In this document: one piece after another, positions 1 through 9,565 of the stretch
Layout: each line of letters opens with the position of its first letter
Numbering within the stretch: position 1 is the stretch's first letter
Sequence record: DRR723986_5041
Length of the DNA stretch: 61,797 nt
Reading direction: 5' to 3' (one strand)
Made by a program: the position numbers and the translations under genes
Notes under the pieces: model-generated
Database searches by the model: none
The model's input: the letters and a program-made list of their open reading frames with translations, nothing else
Told to the model about the DNA's origin: nothing

Positions 1-31
1 GTCGGGGGTTCGAGTCCCTCCTCCGCTACCA
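1..31 (+). tRNA. 3' part of a tRNA (T-arm, acceptor strand, CCA); possibly elongator tRNA-Met; 5' part lies outside the window
   Basis: GTCGGGGGTTCGAGTCCCTCCTCCGCTACCA: GGGGG/CCCTC T-stem around a TTCGAGT loop and an encoded CCA end. The anticodon is not visible, so the isotype is a guess. Confidence 0.85.
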
Positions 32-463
32 TTATCTTTCAACGAAATCCCCTATCGTAGTAGCAACATGATCGCAGGCTAACTCTGCTTGCGGCCAGCA
101 TGAGCGCAAAAGCAATTTCTTAGCTACTTGTAGCTATGCATCGCAGACAACGACTTGGGTTCAATCCCTGCCAAATTGATCACACCCTATTTTTCATCAG
201 GGACCACAAACTTCCTAGGTGGGACCGTCAGGAAACAGGCTGCTCGTGACGGATGATCCGAGCGAAACAGTCATTCATCTGTCCCGGCGGCGCAGGCGAT
301 TTCGGCCCATAGCGGTCATTGCCATGCTCATCGACAATCGTCCGTTTTTTGTCCTTCGAACTTGCCAAATGAAATTCGCGCTTGGTTAAAAGCCCGACGA
401 CGAAGAATGAAACATATGCAATTATCAGGAAGATGATTTTGAAGCCGTAAGGCTGCTTCATCG

Positions 464-739
464 TCAATCTGGAAGACTGCAAAATGGCAGGCAATCTATA
501 CCTCTACCCTCCGCAACCATGTACGCTTTTCCGTCGATTTCCACCCCAAGGAAAGATGCTGCATTCCACCAATAACCGGCACCACCACCTTCTCTGGCGG
601 CATCGCATTGTTTTCCCAGATACAGAACTGTACCGTCCGTAAGCGTAACCGATGCTCCGTGCTCATTGCATTTAACGATTTCCTCGGCTTGCGCCGAGGT
701 TGCAACGACAAGAGCTGCCAACAAAATGATTTTTCGCAT
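464..739 (-). CDS. small secreted Cys-containing hypothetical protein (91 aa)
   Basis: Start moved to ATG 739 (MRKIILLAALVVATSAQA, a classic signal peptide); four Cys in the mature part. Confidence 0.7.
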   Translation of the reverse strand: MRKIILLAALVVATSAQAEEIVKCNEHGASVTLTDGTVLYLGKQCDAAREGGGAGYWWNAASFLGVEIDGKAYMVAEGRGIDCLPFCSLPD

Positions 740-979
740 ATCAAGTTTCCAAATGAATAATCTCGAACACCCATAGGTATCTTGACCATCTGTGTTCAAC
801 AACGGTGACATTAAAGCCAATCATGTGATGCAGGCTACATAAAGTAAGCTCATCCGCAAGCTAAGATTTTTTAAAGTGCTGATGCAAGCCTTAAGAGGAA
901 CAGATATTCTTGCTTCCGCTGCTGGAACATTCGGCAACATCGACTTTAGTTTTCGGAAAATGACTTTCTTGGAGAAGAC

Positions 980-1924
980 ATGAAAATTTCAAAAACTCTG
1001 ATATCATTTTTATTGTTTTTTGTTGGTTTTCAGTTTCCGGCTGTTTCGCAGACGGTAAGTCCCATTGCTCCCGTTCCGGGTGATCCGCTGATCGATTATC
1101 AGATAGACAACTGTGAAGGCACAAGAGGCTTTGGCTGGCTCAAATATGAGCCCGCCGGATTACTGCGCCTTAGCGATCTCTGTTTGAATGAAGAAACCGG
1201 AACAGCAGTTGCTGCCGAGACCTTGTATGACCTCGAGTTGACGGCGAAGAGCAGAAACGGCCGTAAGTTTGAAGACCTCGCCTCTGGTGCAAATGAGTAT
1301 CAAAGGGATCGTATTGAGATCACTGGAGATCAAAATGCGCCGAATTGCACTCAAGACAACGTTGAAAGTTTCCAGTTCTGGGCAAACGGCTCTTCGGTGA
1401 AACTGGTGCCGGGCCAACGAACTGCCTGGATTAATGGGTACACCATTCCTGTGACAAGTCCGGCCCCGATGAAGCCGAAGGCTCAACTCTTGCTCGGGAT
1501 CCGGAACATAACCCAAGCGGACACCGGTTCAAACACTTTCCCCAATGGGCTCATCACAAACGGTTTTGGAGACATTTACGGTGACGCGTCTTTCACCGGC
1601 GCCGATGGCTCAGTATCCCTAATCGAAGGCGCTGGATACAACTACGGAGAAGCTCGGGGCGAACTGTCTGTCAAGTTTTCAGGCAATGGTGAGTTCACGA
1701 TTAGCGGTTCCTTCACTGCCAAGAACCAGCGACTTAAGGGCCATGAAGCCAACGAAATGATCCAAATCTACGGCGATATTGTTCATTTTCGCGGACATGT
1801 TCTGGGATCCGGCGGCGAGCAACTTCTTGGGCAGGGCATCGTACAAGGTGAGCTTCTGGATGCCAGCGGAAGAACTCATAGCTACCGGTCAACCGCTTAC
1901 ATTATCAGCTGCATGTCTTTTTAG
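980..1924 (+). CDS. secreted hypothetical protein (beta-rich C-terminal half)
   Basis: 314-aa ORF with a GGAG RBS and an N-terminal signal peptide; no recognisable family motif. Confidence 0.75.
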   Translation: MKISKTLISFLLFFVGFQFPAVSQTVSPIAPVPGDPLIDYQIDNCEGTRGFGWLKYEPAGLLRLSDLCLNEETGTAVAAETLYDLELTAKSRNGRKFEDLASGANEYQRDRIEITGDQNAPNCTQDNVESFQFWANGSSVKLVPGQRTAWINGYTIPVTSPAPMKPKAQLLLGIRNITQADTGSNTFPNGLITNGFGDIYGDASFTGADGSVSLIEGAGYNYGEARGELSVKFSGNGEFTISGSFTAKNQRLKGHEANEMIQIYGDIVHFRGHVLGSGGEQLLGQGIVQGELLDASGRTHSYRSTAYIISCMSF

Positions 1925-1945
1925 TGATTTCACAGGAGAAGTTTA

Positions 1946-2350
1946 ATGCGAATATTTCTGTTTATTTTTCTTCTGCTTCTTCCAGCATCCGTCCAGGCCG
2001 ACGGGTTGGGCTTCATGACACCCTCGAAAAATATTTACTGTAACGGAGGAGTAACTGGCGGCGGTCATTTGTACTGCACGATTATCAATCGCAGCGGCCC
2101 CACACCACTTCCGAAGCCCGCTTCATGCAATGGATACTGGGGACACGAGTTCTACATAGAGGCGTTCGGCCGAGTGAAAATGATTTGTGGCCAACGACCT
2201 GAAACCGTGGACTACACAGACATCGCTCACTACGGAGTGTCAGGGGAATTCGGAAGCGTGAACTGCCGCTCGGAAAAAACCGGGTTCACATGCACCAATG
2301 CTGACGGCCACGGGTTCTTTTTGTCCCGCCGGAAACAACTCGTATTTTGA
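1946..2350 (+). CDS. secreted Cys-rich protein, DUF6636-like
   Basis: AGGAG RBS, signal peptide ending SVQA, FMTPSKNIYC ... CRSEKTGFTCTN.DGHGFFLSR pattern. Confidence 0.7.
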   Translation: MRIFLFIFLLLLPASVQADGLGFMTPSKNIYCNGGVTGGGHLYCTIINRSGPTPLPKPASCNGYWGHEFYIEAFGRVKMICGQRPETVDYTDIAHYGVSGEFGSVNCRSEKTGFTCTNADGHGFFLSRRKQLVF

Positions 2351-2383
2351 TTGAAAGATATTTTGGGGGAGGATTTGAATGTG

Positions 2384-2945
2384 ATGAAAACCTTTTTACG
2401 CCCTCTCTCTGATGTATGTAGCGTCTGTTCTCGTTAGCAGCGCCCAAGCCGGGCAAGTTGAATCCGCATGGGAAGTGTTCACTCAATAATGTCAGCAGTT
2501 TCTCGATAATCCCAGTAGGTTTTTAGATCGGTCGGACAGAAATATTCCAAATTGGAAATGGATTATCCGCAAGGAACCAAACACCGGTTTCTTTGAGTAT
2601 TTCTCAGTTCCTCCCGGAGAGAAAATGCAATTTTCAGCGATAAGGCATGCAGGCGTAGAGAATGATTTTCTGCACTGCTCACTCTCGGTAGTTTCAGAAA
2701 GGCCGGGGTTAGCCGAAACGATTTCCAGACATCTTTCAACTCTTCCTGATGTTCAGCAAGTTGCGGGCGTTATCGACTTTCCGAATGAATTAGGAATGTC
2801 AAACGATCTAAAACGATATTATTCAACATCGATCCGAACTTCCCTCGCCGGTATTTTTGATAGTCAGAATGTCTCCACCCAGGTTCGTGTCGATGATCTC
2901 GGCGGTTACTATTTTGAGGTTCATGCAGTTCGCCCCTCCGAATGA
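2384..2945 (+). pseudogene. disrupted gene for a secreted protein (frameshift plus in-frame stop)
   Basis: GGAGGA RBS before ATG 2384. A signal-like MYVASVLVSSAQA in the frame of ATG 2412 reads through a single TAA (2487-2489) directly into ORF 2625..2945. Confidence 0.6.
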
Positions 2946-3237
2946 GACAGAAGGAGTTGTTGATTTGAAGTGTTTGGAAACTCCTGGCTTCTCGCTCTGC
3001 TCCTCATGGACCACTTAATAAAAGCTTAGATCTAGATCATCTTTTTTGCAGTGCACGACTGCTTCATCACCGATGCTACCATTTGTTCACCGCGCCGCGA
3101 ACACCAGCTTCCCGCCCTCAATAGACCCACACTCGGCCCATAACTAACGGCAGCTCAGCAATTCAGGCTGAAACACTGCCTCTATGGAGACTGCCCCGCC
3201 GCCCAATTGGACTCTGAAAATTGTCAAATTGGATATG

Positions 3238-3250
3238 TTGGCCAGACCAA
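3238..3250. promoter_or_regulatory. candidate FadR-subfamily operator upstream of the enolase-family gene
   Basis: TTGGCCAGACCAA; its core differs by one base from TGGTCAGACCA at 7211-7221. Confidence 0.5.
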
Positions 3251-3336
3251 TTCCTTTCTAGCGTTCACGCAACAGCCGACTGTTCTGCTGATGCTTCTGT
3301 ATCCTTCAGCAGCGCCCCCTTTTCAATGGACCGAAC

Positions 3337-4533
3337 ATGCAAGTGCTTGACCGCGTTGAACTTTACCTTGTGAAAACACCCCTGCCCGCGCCGCATGCGC
3401 CCTCGTGGATACCTGGAACGATCCGGACCCATGTCTCCATGTGCATCGTCCGGTTCATCACCGATGACGGTGTTGAAGGATGGAGCGGGTTTCCGGCTGC
3501 GGGGCGCGAGCGCGCCGGGCTGGGCGACCTCTTGGCGGGTCTGTTTCTCGGCCAGGATGCAGGCGACATTGATAAGCTTTCCGAGCGCATCCAGATCATG
3601 GCGGCGGGTGGCAATTTCAACTGGTGGCTTGAGCCTGCCTTCTGGGACATCAAGGCCAGGAGTGCGGGCCTGCCGCTCTACAAGCTGCTTGGCGGAACGG
3701 ATGACCGCATCAGGCTTTATGCCTCATCCGGCGAGCTTCGAGACCCGGGTGCGCGGCGCGAGGAAGCCGAAGCCCGGCATGCCGAAGGGTTCGACACGAT
3801 GAAAATTCGTGTCCATGACTTCGATGAGGCCGTTGATATCGACCATATTTCCGATATCGCCCGCCACATGCAGGGACGGATGAGGATCTCGGTCGACTGC
3901 AATCAGGCCTTCCGCCTGACGCAGAACGGCGATGCGCCGCTCTGGTCGCTGGACAGGGCCAAACGCTTTGTCGATGCCGCCGCGGATGTCGGCCTTGCCT
4001 GGGTGGAAGAACCGCTGTTTGGCGAATGGCACGAGGAAATCGCCAGACTGACCACCTATTCGCGCGTTCCTGTCGCCGGTGGCGAACTTCATGTCATGGG
4101 CTACAGGGAACTGGCGCGGATGATGAAGATGGGCTGCTACAATATCTTCCAGCCCGATGCCATGTGGGCCGGCGGGGTTACACAGTGCCTCAAGGTTGCC
4201 GCGCTCTGCAGGCAAGAAGGCATCAGGTTCACGCCGCATTGCTGGTCGAACGGCTTCGGCTTCATCGCAAATGCGCATGTCTTTGCCGCCAGCGGCTTTG
4301 CCGGTGAGGAGCTGTTTGAATATCCGCTCTCACCACCGGGCTGGACACCGGAAGGCCGCGACCAGATCTTCTCGCAGCCGTTCCTGCACGAAAACGGCTG
4401 GTTTGCCATGCCGCAGACACCTGGCCTCGGCTTCGAGATCAATCAGGAAACCCTTGAGAAATACGGGCACTGTTTCTTCAAGGCCAGCCGCAACTCCACG
4501 CACTGGATGCCTGAAGCACTGCCTGCTCCTTAA
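3337..4533 (+). CDS. mandelate racemase/muconate lactonizing enzyme family (enolase superfamily)
   Basis: AFWDIKAR...GLPLYKLLGG, KIR, metal ligands in VDCNQ / EEP / GGE, QPD and TPH dyad, PQTPGLG. Confidence 0.9.
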   Translation: MQVLDRVELYLVKTPLPAPHAPSWIPGTIRTHVSMCIVRFITDDGVEGWSGFPAAGRERAGLGDLLAGLFLGQDAGDIDKLSERIQIMAAGGNFNWWLEPAFWDIKARSAGLPLYKLLGGTDDRIRLYASSGELRDPGARREEAEARHAEGFDTMKIRVHDFDEAVDIDHISDIARHMQGRMRISVDCNQAFRLTQNGDAPLWSLDRAKRFVDAAADVGLAWVEEPLFGEWHEEIARLTTYSRVPVAGGELHVMGYRELARMMKMGCYNIFQPDAMWAGGVTQCLKVAALCRQEGIRFTPHCWSNGFGFIANAHVFAASGFAGEELFEYPLSPPGWTPEGRDQIFSQPFLHENGWFAMPQTPGLGFEINQETLEKYGHCFFKASRNSTHWMPEALPAP

Positions 4534-4765
4534 AGGCCTCACCCACGTCTGGCGTGCGCCGTTCCCTCGATCTTCCCCCGAAGGAACAGGAAAAAGAAAC
4601 ACCACACGGCAGGCGCCGGAGCGCGCCTGTCAATCTGCACAATGGACCGGCGTGCAGGCATGAAGTAACAATTCAGGGTAGAGTTTGCCGATAGCCCCGG
4701 TCCTTGCCCCAGTCACCAAGGTCGATCCTTGATCGCCGGGCGGGAACGGGGCCCCTTGGCAACCT

Positions 4766-6310
4766 GTGTCCGTCATGCGGGGAACGATGCGAAGCTGGGC
4801 CTGCCTTCTCTGTCTTGCAACGCTGCTTCTGGCAGCCTGTTCGACGTTGAACACAGACTACCCGCGCGTCGAGACGAGTGCCTTTACGGCCTATCGCAGC
4901 ACCTCTCTGGGCCGCCTGTTCCGGGCCGCGGAAAAAAGCCATCCGGGCAGATCGGGTGTCTCGCTCGTGACGACAGGGCGCAACGCCTTTGCCATCCGGG
5001 TGGCCATGACGGAGCTCGCCGAGCACAGCCTCGATCTGCAGTACTACATCTGGGATGCGGACCAGAGCGGGCGCATCCTCGCGCAGGCCCTGTTGCGCAG
5101 CGCGGATCGCGGTGTGCGCGTGCGTCTTCTCATCGACGATATCAACGTCAACGGACGCGATGAAATCCTCGCCAGTCTGGACGCCCATCCCAATATCGAG
5201 ATCCGGTTGTTCAACCCCTTCGTGAACCGGTCCTCACGGGTCTTCAACCTGATCGGTGACTTCGACCGCCTGAACCACCGCATGCACAACAAGCTGATGA
5301 TCGCCGACAATGCGGTTGCGCTTCTCGGTGGGCGCAATATCGGCGACCACTATTTCGACGTCTCCGAGGAATCCAACTACCGCGACCTGGACATTGCAGC
5401 GGTCGGCCCGGTGGTGCGGGATGCCTCGAGCGTCTTTGATTATTTCTGGAACAGGGACTGGTCGGTGCCTGTCGCGGCCAGCGTCAACCGGGCCTTTGGC
5501 GAAACCGATCTGGAAGTGGCCCGGGTGAAACTGGAAGAGACCATCGACACCGAAGGATATCCCTATCCTTTCCGCCAGAGGGTCACTGCCGTCCGCCAGT
5601 CGATGTCGTCGCTCACAAGGCAACTGGTCTGGGCACCGGCCTTTGTCGTCTGGGACGATCCGGCCGATTTCATCGCGGGAAAAAGCGGCGGCAAGATCCT
5701 CAAGGCACTTGCCGGCAAGGTGGACGGGCTCAAACGCGAACTCCTGATGGAAAACGCCTATTTCGTTCCGACGCAGGCAGGCGCGGACAAGCTGAAGCAG
5801 CTCACCGCGCGCGGCGTGAAGGTCCGCGTTCTCACCAACTCGCTCAGTTCAAATGATGTGGTTGCGGTTCACGCCGGCTATTCGAAATACCGCGCGGAAC
5901 TTCTGGAAGCCGGCATAGAGCTGCATGAAGTCAGGGCCGATTCCGCCAGGGTTCAGCAAACGCACTTTTCAACTGACTCCAAGGCCGGGCTGCACACCAA
6001 GGCCGCGGTCTTCGACGGAGCCTCGATATTCGTTGGCAGTTTCAATCTGGATCCACGATCAGCCAACCTCAATACGGAGATCGGCCTCTACGTGGAAAGC
6101 CCCGAACTTGCCCGCCGGCTGACAGTGTTCCTGAACGAAGGCGTTTCACTGAAAAACAGCTACCAGCTCGAACTGGACGACGGCAGTATCCTCTGGAAGA
6201 GCGAAGAAGATGGCGAGATCGTCACCTTCATCTCGGACCCGGGATCGACACTGGGCCAGCGCTTCACTTCCGGCATCATCGCAACGCTTCCCGTCGAAGG
6301 TCAGTTGTAG
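4766..6310 (+). CDS. phospholipase D family lipoprotein (cardiolipin synthase ClsC/YmdC-like)
   Basis: Two HKD motifs (HNKLMIAD, HTKAAVFD), LLAAC lipobox, GSFNLDPRS. The true start may be slightly downstream. Confidence 0.88.
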   Translation: MSVMRGTMRSWACLLCLATLLLAACSTLNTDYPRVETSAFTAYRSTSLGRLFRAAEKSHPGRSGVSLVTTGRNAFAIRVAMTELAEHSLDLQYYIWDADQSGRILAQALLRSADRGVRVRLLIDDINVNGRDEILASLDAHPNIEIRLFNPFVNRSSRVFNLIGDFDRLNHRMHNKLMIADNAVALLGGRNIGDHYFDVSEESNYRDLDIAAVGPVVRDASSVFDYFWNRDWSVPVAASVNRAFGETDLEVARVKLEETIDTEGYPYPFRQRVTAVRQSMSSLTRQLVWAPAFVVWDDPADFIAGKSGGKILKALAGKVDGLKRELLMENAYFVPTQAGADKLKQLTARGVKVRVLTNSLSSNDVVAVHAGYSKYRAELLEAGIELHEVRADSARVQQTHFSTDSKAGLHTKAAVFDGASIFVGSFNLDPRSANLNTEIGLYVESPELARRLTVFLNEGVSLKNSYQLELDDGSILWKSEEDGEIVTFISDPGSTLGQRFTSGIIATLPVEGQL

Positions 6311-6403
6311 GTGGGTGGAAAGCGGTAACAGGCTCCACTCCGCCAACCGCCTCGCGCCCTGCCGCTCCGATACAAGACGGAAACGGCACAGGCGTTTGGC
6401 ACT

Positions 6404-7102
6404 TCAAGCGATCTCGAACCCGGCACACAGCGCGGTGTTGGCGACATGGCTGCGCATTGCGGTTCGGGCGGCTTCCGCGTCGCCCTTGCGCAGTTCGGCA
6501 ACGATGACCCGGTGCTCAGCCAGCGAGGCCCGCATGCGCAGCGGATCCGTGATCGGGATCGGCTGGCGCTGGGTCTCCGTCAGAAGTTTCCGGACCTGAT
6601 CGTAAAGGCCCGCGATCATGCGGTTCCTGCACCGCCGGGCAATCAGGTCGTGAAACTCCAGATCGGCATCCACGTTGCTGAGAAAGTCGCGATTGGACCA
6701 GGCCTGTTCCATCAGGTCGGTCAGTTGCGAGAGCCGGTCGAGATCTTCCTCCGACACTCGCCCCGCTGCATGAGCCGCAATCTCGCCTTCAAGGACAAGC
6801 CGGGTCTCGAAAACTTCTTGAAGGGAATGTTCCTCGGCGAACTTCCAGTCCGACATGGTCTTGCCCGAACCGGTGCCGACGACAAATGTCCCCCTGCCCG
6901 CTTCCGTCTTGATCAGGCCGATGGTTTCCAGGGTCAGCAGGGCTTCGCGCAATGAGGCCCTGCTGACACCGAACTCTTCCGACATTTCCCGCTGCGAAGG
7001 GATCTTCTCCCCGCTCTTGAGCGCTCCGCTGAGGATCATCTCCTGAAGCTTGCGGGCGATGCTCTGCGGAACCGGCGTACGTGTAATCATTGTGTCTTTC
7101 AT
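6404..7102 (-). CDS. GntR family, FadR-subfamily transcriptional regulator
   Basis: wHTH (SQREMSEEFGVSRASLREAL..GRGTFV) and FCD domain (DLEFH, EHRVI, MRSH). Start set at ATG 7102. Confidence 0.92.
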   Translation of the reverse strand: MKDTMITRTPVPQSIARKLQEMILSGALKSGEKIPSQREMSEEFGVSRASLREALLTLETIGLIKTEAGRGTFVVGTGSGKTMSDWKFAEEHSLQEVFETRLVLEGEIAAHAAGRVSEEDLDRLSQLTDLMEQAWSNRDFLSNVDADLEFHDLIARRCRNRMIAGLYDQVRKLLTETQRQPIPITDPLRMRASLAEHRVIVAELRKGDAEAARTAMRSHVANTALCAGFEIA

Positions 7103-7201
7103 GGTTCGTACGGCGCGTGTGCCGTTCTGCCTTCTTTTAGCCCGCCGAAACGCGATCAGCATCATTTTAACGCTTGCATCCCGTTTGATCGATCTGTTTA
7201 C

Positions 7202-7239
7202 TGGTCTAACTGGTCAGACCAGTCATACCAGTTAGACCA
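7202..7239. promoter_or_regulatory. FadR-type operator array in the divergent promoter
   Basis: Perfect 13-bp inverted repeat TGGTCTAACTGGT-N12-ACCAGTTAGACCA enclosing AACTGGTCAGACCAGT. Confidence 0.75.
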
Positions 7240-7262
7240 AGAATAATCACCAGGGGAATAAA

Positions 7263-8057
7263 ATGTCTCTTCACTCCTTCATCAAAACGGCTGCAACCGT
7301 AGGCTTGCTCACGTTTTCCTCCATGACCACCGCCATGGCCGCAGACCTGACAGTCGGCGCCAACATCGGCAACGTTCCGTGGGAATTCCAGGATGAGTCG
7401 GGCAAGACCGTCGGTTTTGAAATCGATCTTGCAACCGAGGTCGCAAACAGGCTCGGCAAATCGATCGAGTTTGAAAACATCCCGTTCAACGGGCTGTTTT
7501 CCGCGGTCCAGTCGGGCCGGATCGACATGGCGGTTTCCTCGATCACCATCACCAAGAAGCGTCTGGAATCGGTCACATTCGCCCAGCCTTACTATGACAG
7601 TGACCAGTCCCTCACCGTTGCCGCCGACAGTGGCCTGAAATCGGTTGCCGACATGAAAGGCAAGGTCATCGGTGTCGACACGGGCTCTACCGGCGACATC
7701 TGGGCCACCGAAAATCTGGAGAAATACGGCTTTGGTGAAATCCGCCGCTATGAAGGCCTGGCCCCCGCCATGCTCGACCTGACGGCCGGCCGTATCAACG
7801 GCTACATAAGCGACATCCCGGCGCTGCTTTATTACACCAAGGACAAGCCGAACCTTGCGGTCGTCGAACGCATCACCACCGGCGAACAGTACTCCATGAT
7901 GTTTGCCAAGGACGCGGAACTGGCAAGCCAGGTGAACGACGTCCTGTCCGAACTGAAGAAGGAAGGCGTCGTGGCTGACCTGCACGAGAAATGGTTCGGC
8001 TCTCGCGCCGAAGAAACCACCTCGACGGTCACCATCCTCGACATGCCCAAGCTGTAA
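7263..8057 (+). CDS. polar amino-acid ABC transporter substrate-binding protein (family 3)
   Basis: Signal peptide, GFEIDLA, AVQSGRIDMAVSSITIT..R, FAQPYY. Confidence 0.92.
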   Translation: MSLHSFIKTAATVGLLTFSSMTTAMAADLTVGANIGNVPWEFQDESGKTVGFEIDLATEVANRLGKSIEFENIPFNGLFSAVQSGRIDMAVSSITITKKRLESVTFAQPYYDSDQSLTVAADSGLKSVADMKGKVIGVDTGSTGDIWATENLEKYGFGEIRRYEGLAPAMLDLTAGRINGYISDIPALLYYTKDKPNLAVVERITTGEQYSMMFAKDAELASQVNDVLSELKKEGVVADLHEKWFGSRAEETTSTVTILDMPKL

Positions 8058-8066
8058 GCAAAGCAC

Positions 8067-8095
8067 GCGCGGGCCGCCTTCGGGAGGGCCCGCGC
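8067..8095 (+). terminator. intra-operon stem-loop after the binding-protein gene
   Basis: GCGCGGGCC ... GGCCCGCGC inverted repeat with no U-tract; more likely a stabiliser or attenuator. Confidence 0.5.
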
Positions 8096-8129
8096 CTTCC
8101 CTGATTCCAGCCATTCTTCCGGACTTTTC

Positions 8130-8801
8130 ATGGACCTCTTCGAAACGTTCTTCAACGTTCCGGTCTTCATCCGAACGTTTCCGCTCCTCATGAGCGGCCT
8201 TGTCGTAACCTTGCAAATCGGGGCAACCAGTATCGTTGCCGGCCTCGTTCTCGGGCTTTGCCTTTCCCTTGTGCGCATGTACGGCTCACCCTGGATACGT
8301 GTACCGGCCGCCATCTATATCGACATCTTCCGGTCAATCCCGCTGCTCGTACTCCTGATCGTCGTCTACTACGCCCTTCCATTCGTCGGCATCAGACTGT
8401 CACCATTCCTGTCCGCCACGCTCGCGCTGACGCTCGTGTCCGGTGCCTATACCGCAGAAATCTTTCGGGCGGGCATTCAGGCGATTCCCGTCGGACAATT
8501 TGAAGCCTCGCGCGCACTTGGCCTGTCCTACAAGGACATGATGGTCGACGTCGTGCTGCCGCAGGCCATCAAGATCGTTATCCCGCCACTGACGAACAAC
8601 TGCATCAACGTGATGAAGGACACCGCATTGGCCTCCGTCGTTGCCATGCCGGACCTTCTCAAGCAGGCGACCCAGGCCCAGGCCCTTGCCGCCAACCCCA
8701 CGCCCCTGATCGGCGCCGCCATTATCTATCTCGCGTTCCTGTGGCCCCTGGTTGCCCTGGTCTCGCGCTTTGAAAACCGGCTCGGGCGGAGGAGTGCGTG
8801 A
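8130..8801 (+). CDS. amino-acid ABC transporter permease
   Basis: [35 protein letters not shown] (EAA loop), KDTAL. Confidence 0.93.
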   Translation: MDLFETFFNVPVFIRTFPLLMSGLVVTLQIGATSIVAGLVLGLCLSLVRMYGSPWIRVPAAIYIDIFRSIPLLVLLIVVYYALPFVGIRLSPFLSATLALTLVSGAYTAEIFRAGIQAIPVGQFEASRALGLSYKDMMVDVVLPQAIKIVIPPLTNNCINVMKDTALASVVAMPDLLKQATQAQALAANPTPLIGAAIIYLAFLWPLVALVSRFENRLGRRSA

Positions 8802-9538
8802 TGCGAAACATCATCGAAATCGAGAACGTTACCAAGCACTACGGCGCCTTTGCCGCGCTCAGCGACATAGACCTGGCGATCGGCGAAGGCGAGGTTGTCT
8901 GTGTCATCGGTCCGTCCGGATCCGGCAAATCCACGCTGATCCGGTGCATCAACCTTCTGGAGAGCTATTCCGACAAGGGCAGCATTCGGGTCGACGGCAT
9001 TCCGGTGCAGCCCGGACCGACACTGGGCCAGGTCCGCGCCGAGGTTGGCATGGTGTTCCAGTCGTTCAATCTTTTCCCGCACATGAGTGTCCTGAAGAAC
9101 GTGATGCTGGCCCCCATGCGTGTGCGCAGGACACCAGCTGCGGAGGCTGCCGCGAAGGCTCGCGAACTCCTGGCCCGCGTTGGCATTGCCGAACAGGCAG
9201 ACAAGTTTCCCGGCCAACTGTCCGGCGGTCAACAGCAACGCGTTGCCATTGCCCGCGCACTGGCAATGGAACCCAAGGTGCTCCTGTTCGATGAACCGAC
9301 CTCGGCGCTCGATCCGGAAATGGTGGGCGAAGTTCTCGACGTCATGCGCCAGCTTGCCGGAACCGGCGTGACCATGGTCGTGGTCACCCATGAAATGGGC
9401 TTTGCCCGCCAGGTGGCCGACAGGGTGATCTTCATGGATGGCGGCAGGATCGTGGAAACCGGAACACCGGCGCAGATTTTCGACACCCCGAAAGAACAAA
9501 GAACCCGCAATTTTCTAAGCGCGGTCCTCAACCACTGA
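8798..9538 (+). CDS. amino-acid ABC transporter ATP-binding protein (GlnQ-like)
   Basis: [37 protein letters not shown]. Confidence 0.95.
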   Translation: MMRNIIEIENVTKHYGAFAALSDIDLAIGEGEVVCVIGPSGSGKSTLIRCINLLESYSDKGSIRVDGIPVQPGPTLGQVRAEVGMVFQSFNLFPHMSVLKNVMLAPMRVRRTPAAEAAAKARELLARVGIAEQADKFPGQLSGGQQQRVAIARALAMEPKVLLFDEPTSALDPEMVGEVLDVMRQLAGTGVTMVVVTHEMGFARQVADRVIFMDGGRIVETGTPAQIFDTPKEQRTRNFLSAVLNH

Positions 9539-9565
9539 AATTTACTGCCTTTGCTGGAGCCAACC

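Noticed and set aside
155-172. GGGTTCAATCCC resembling a tRNA T-arm or second att site
   Set aside because: No cloverleaf or CCA, and too little identity to the tRNA end at 1-31.
228-494. 88-aa minus-strand ORF with one hydrophobic stretch
   Set aside because: No clear RBS or family motif and it overlaps the neighbouring gene; may be a decayed fragment.
4766-6310. PLD protein as a possible anti-phage nuclease
   Set aside because: It has two HKD motifs, a lipobox and a ClsC-like layout, with no helicase or methylase partners.
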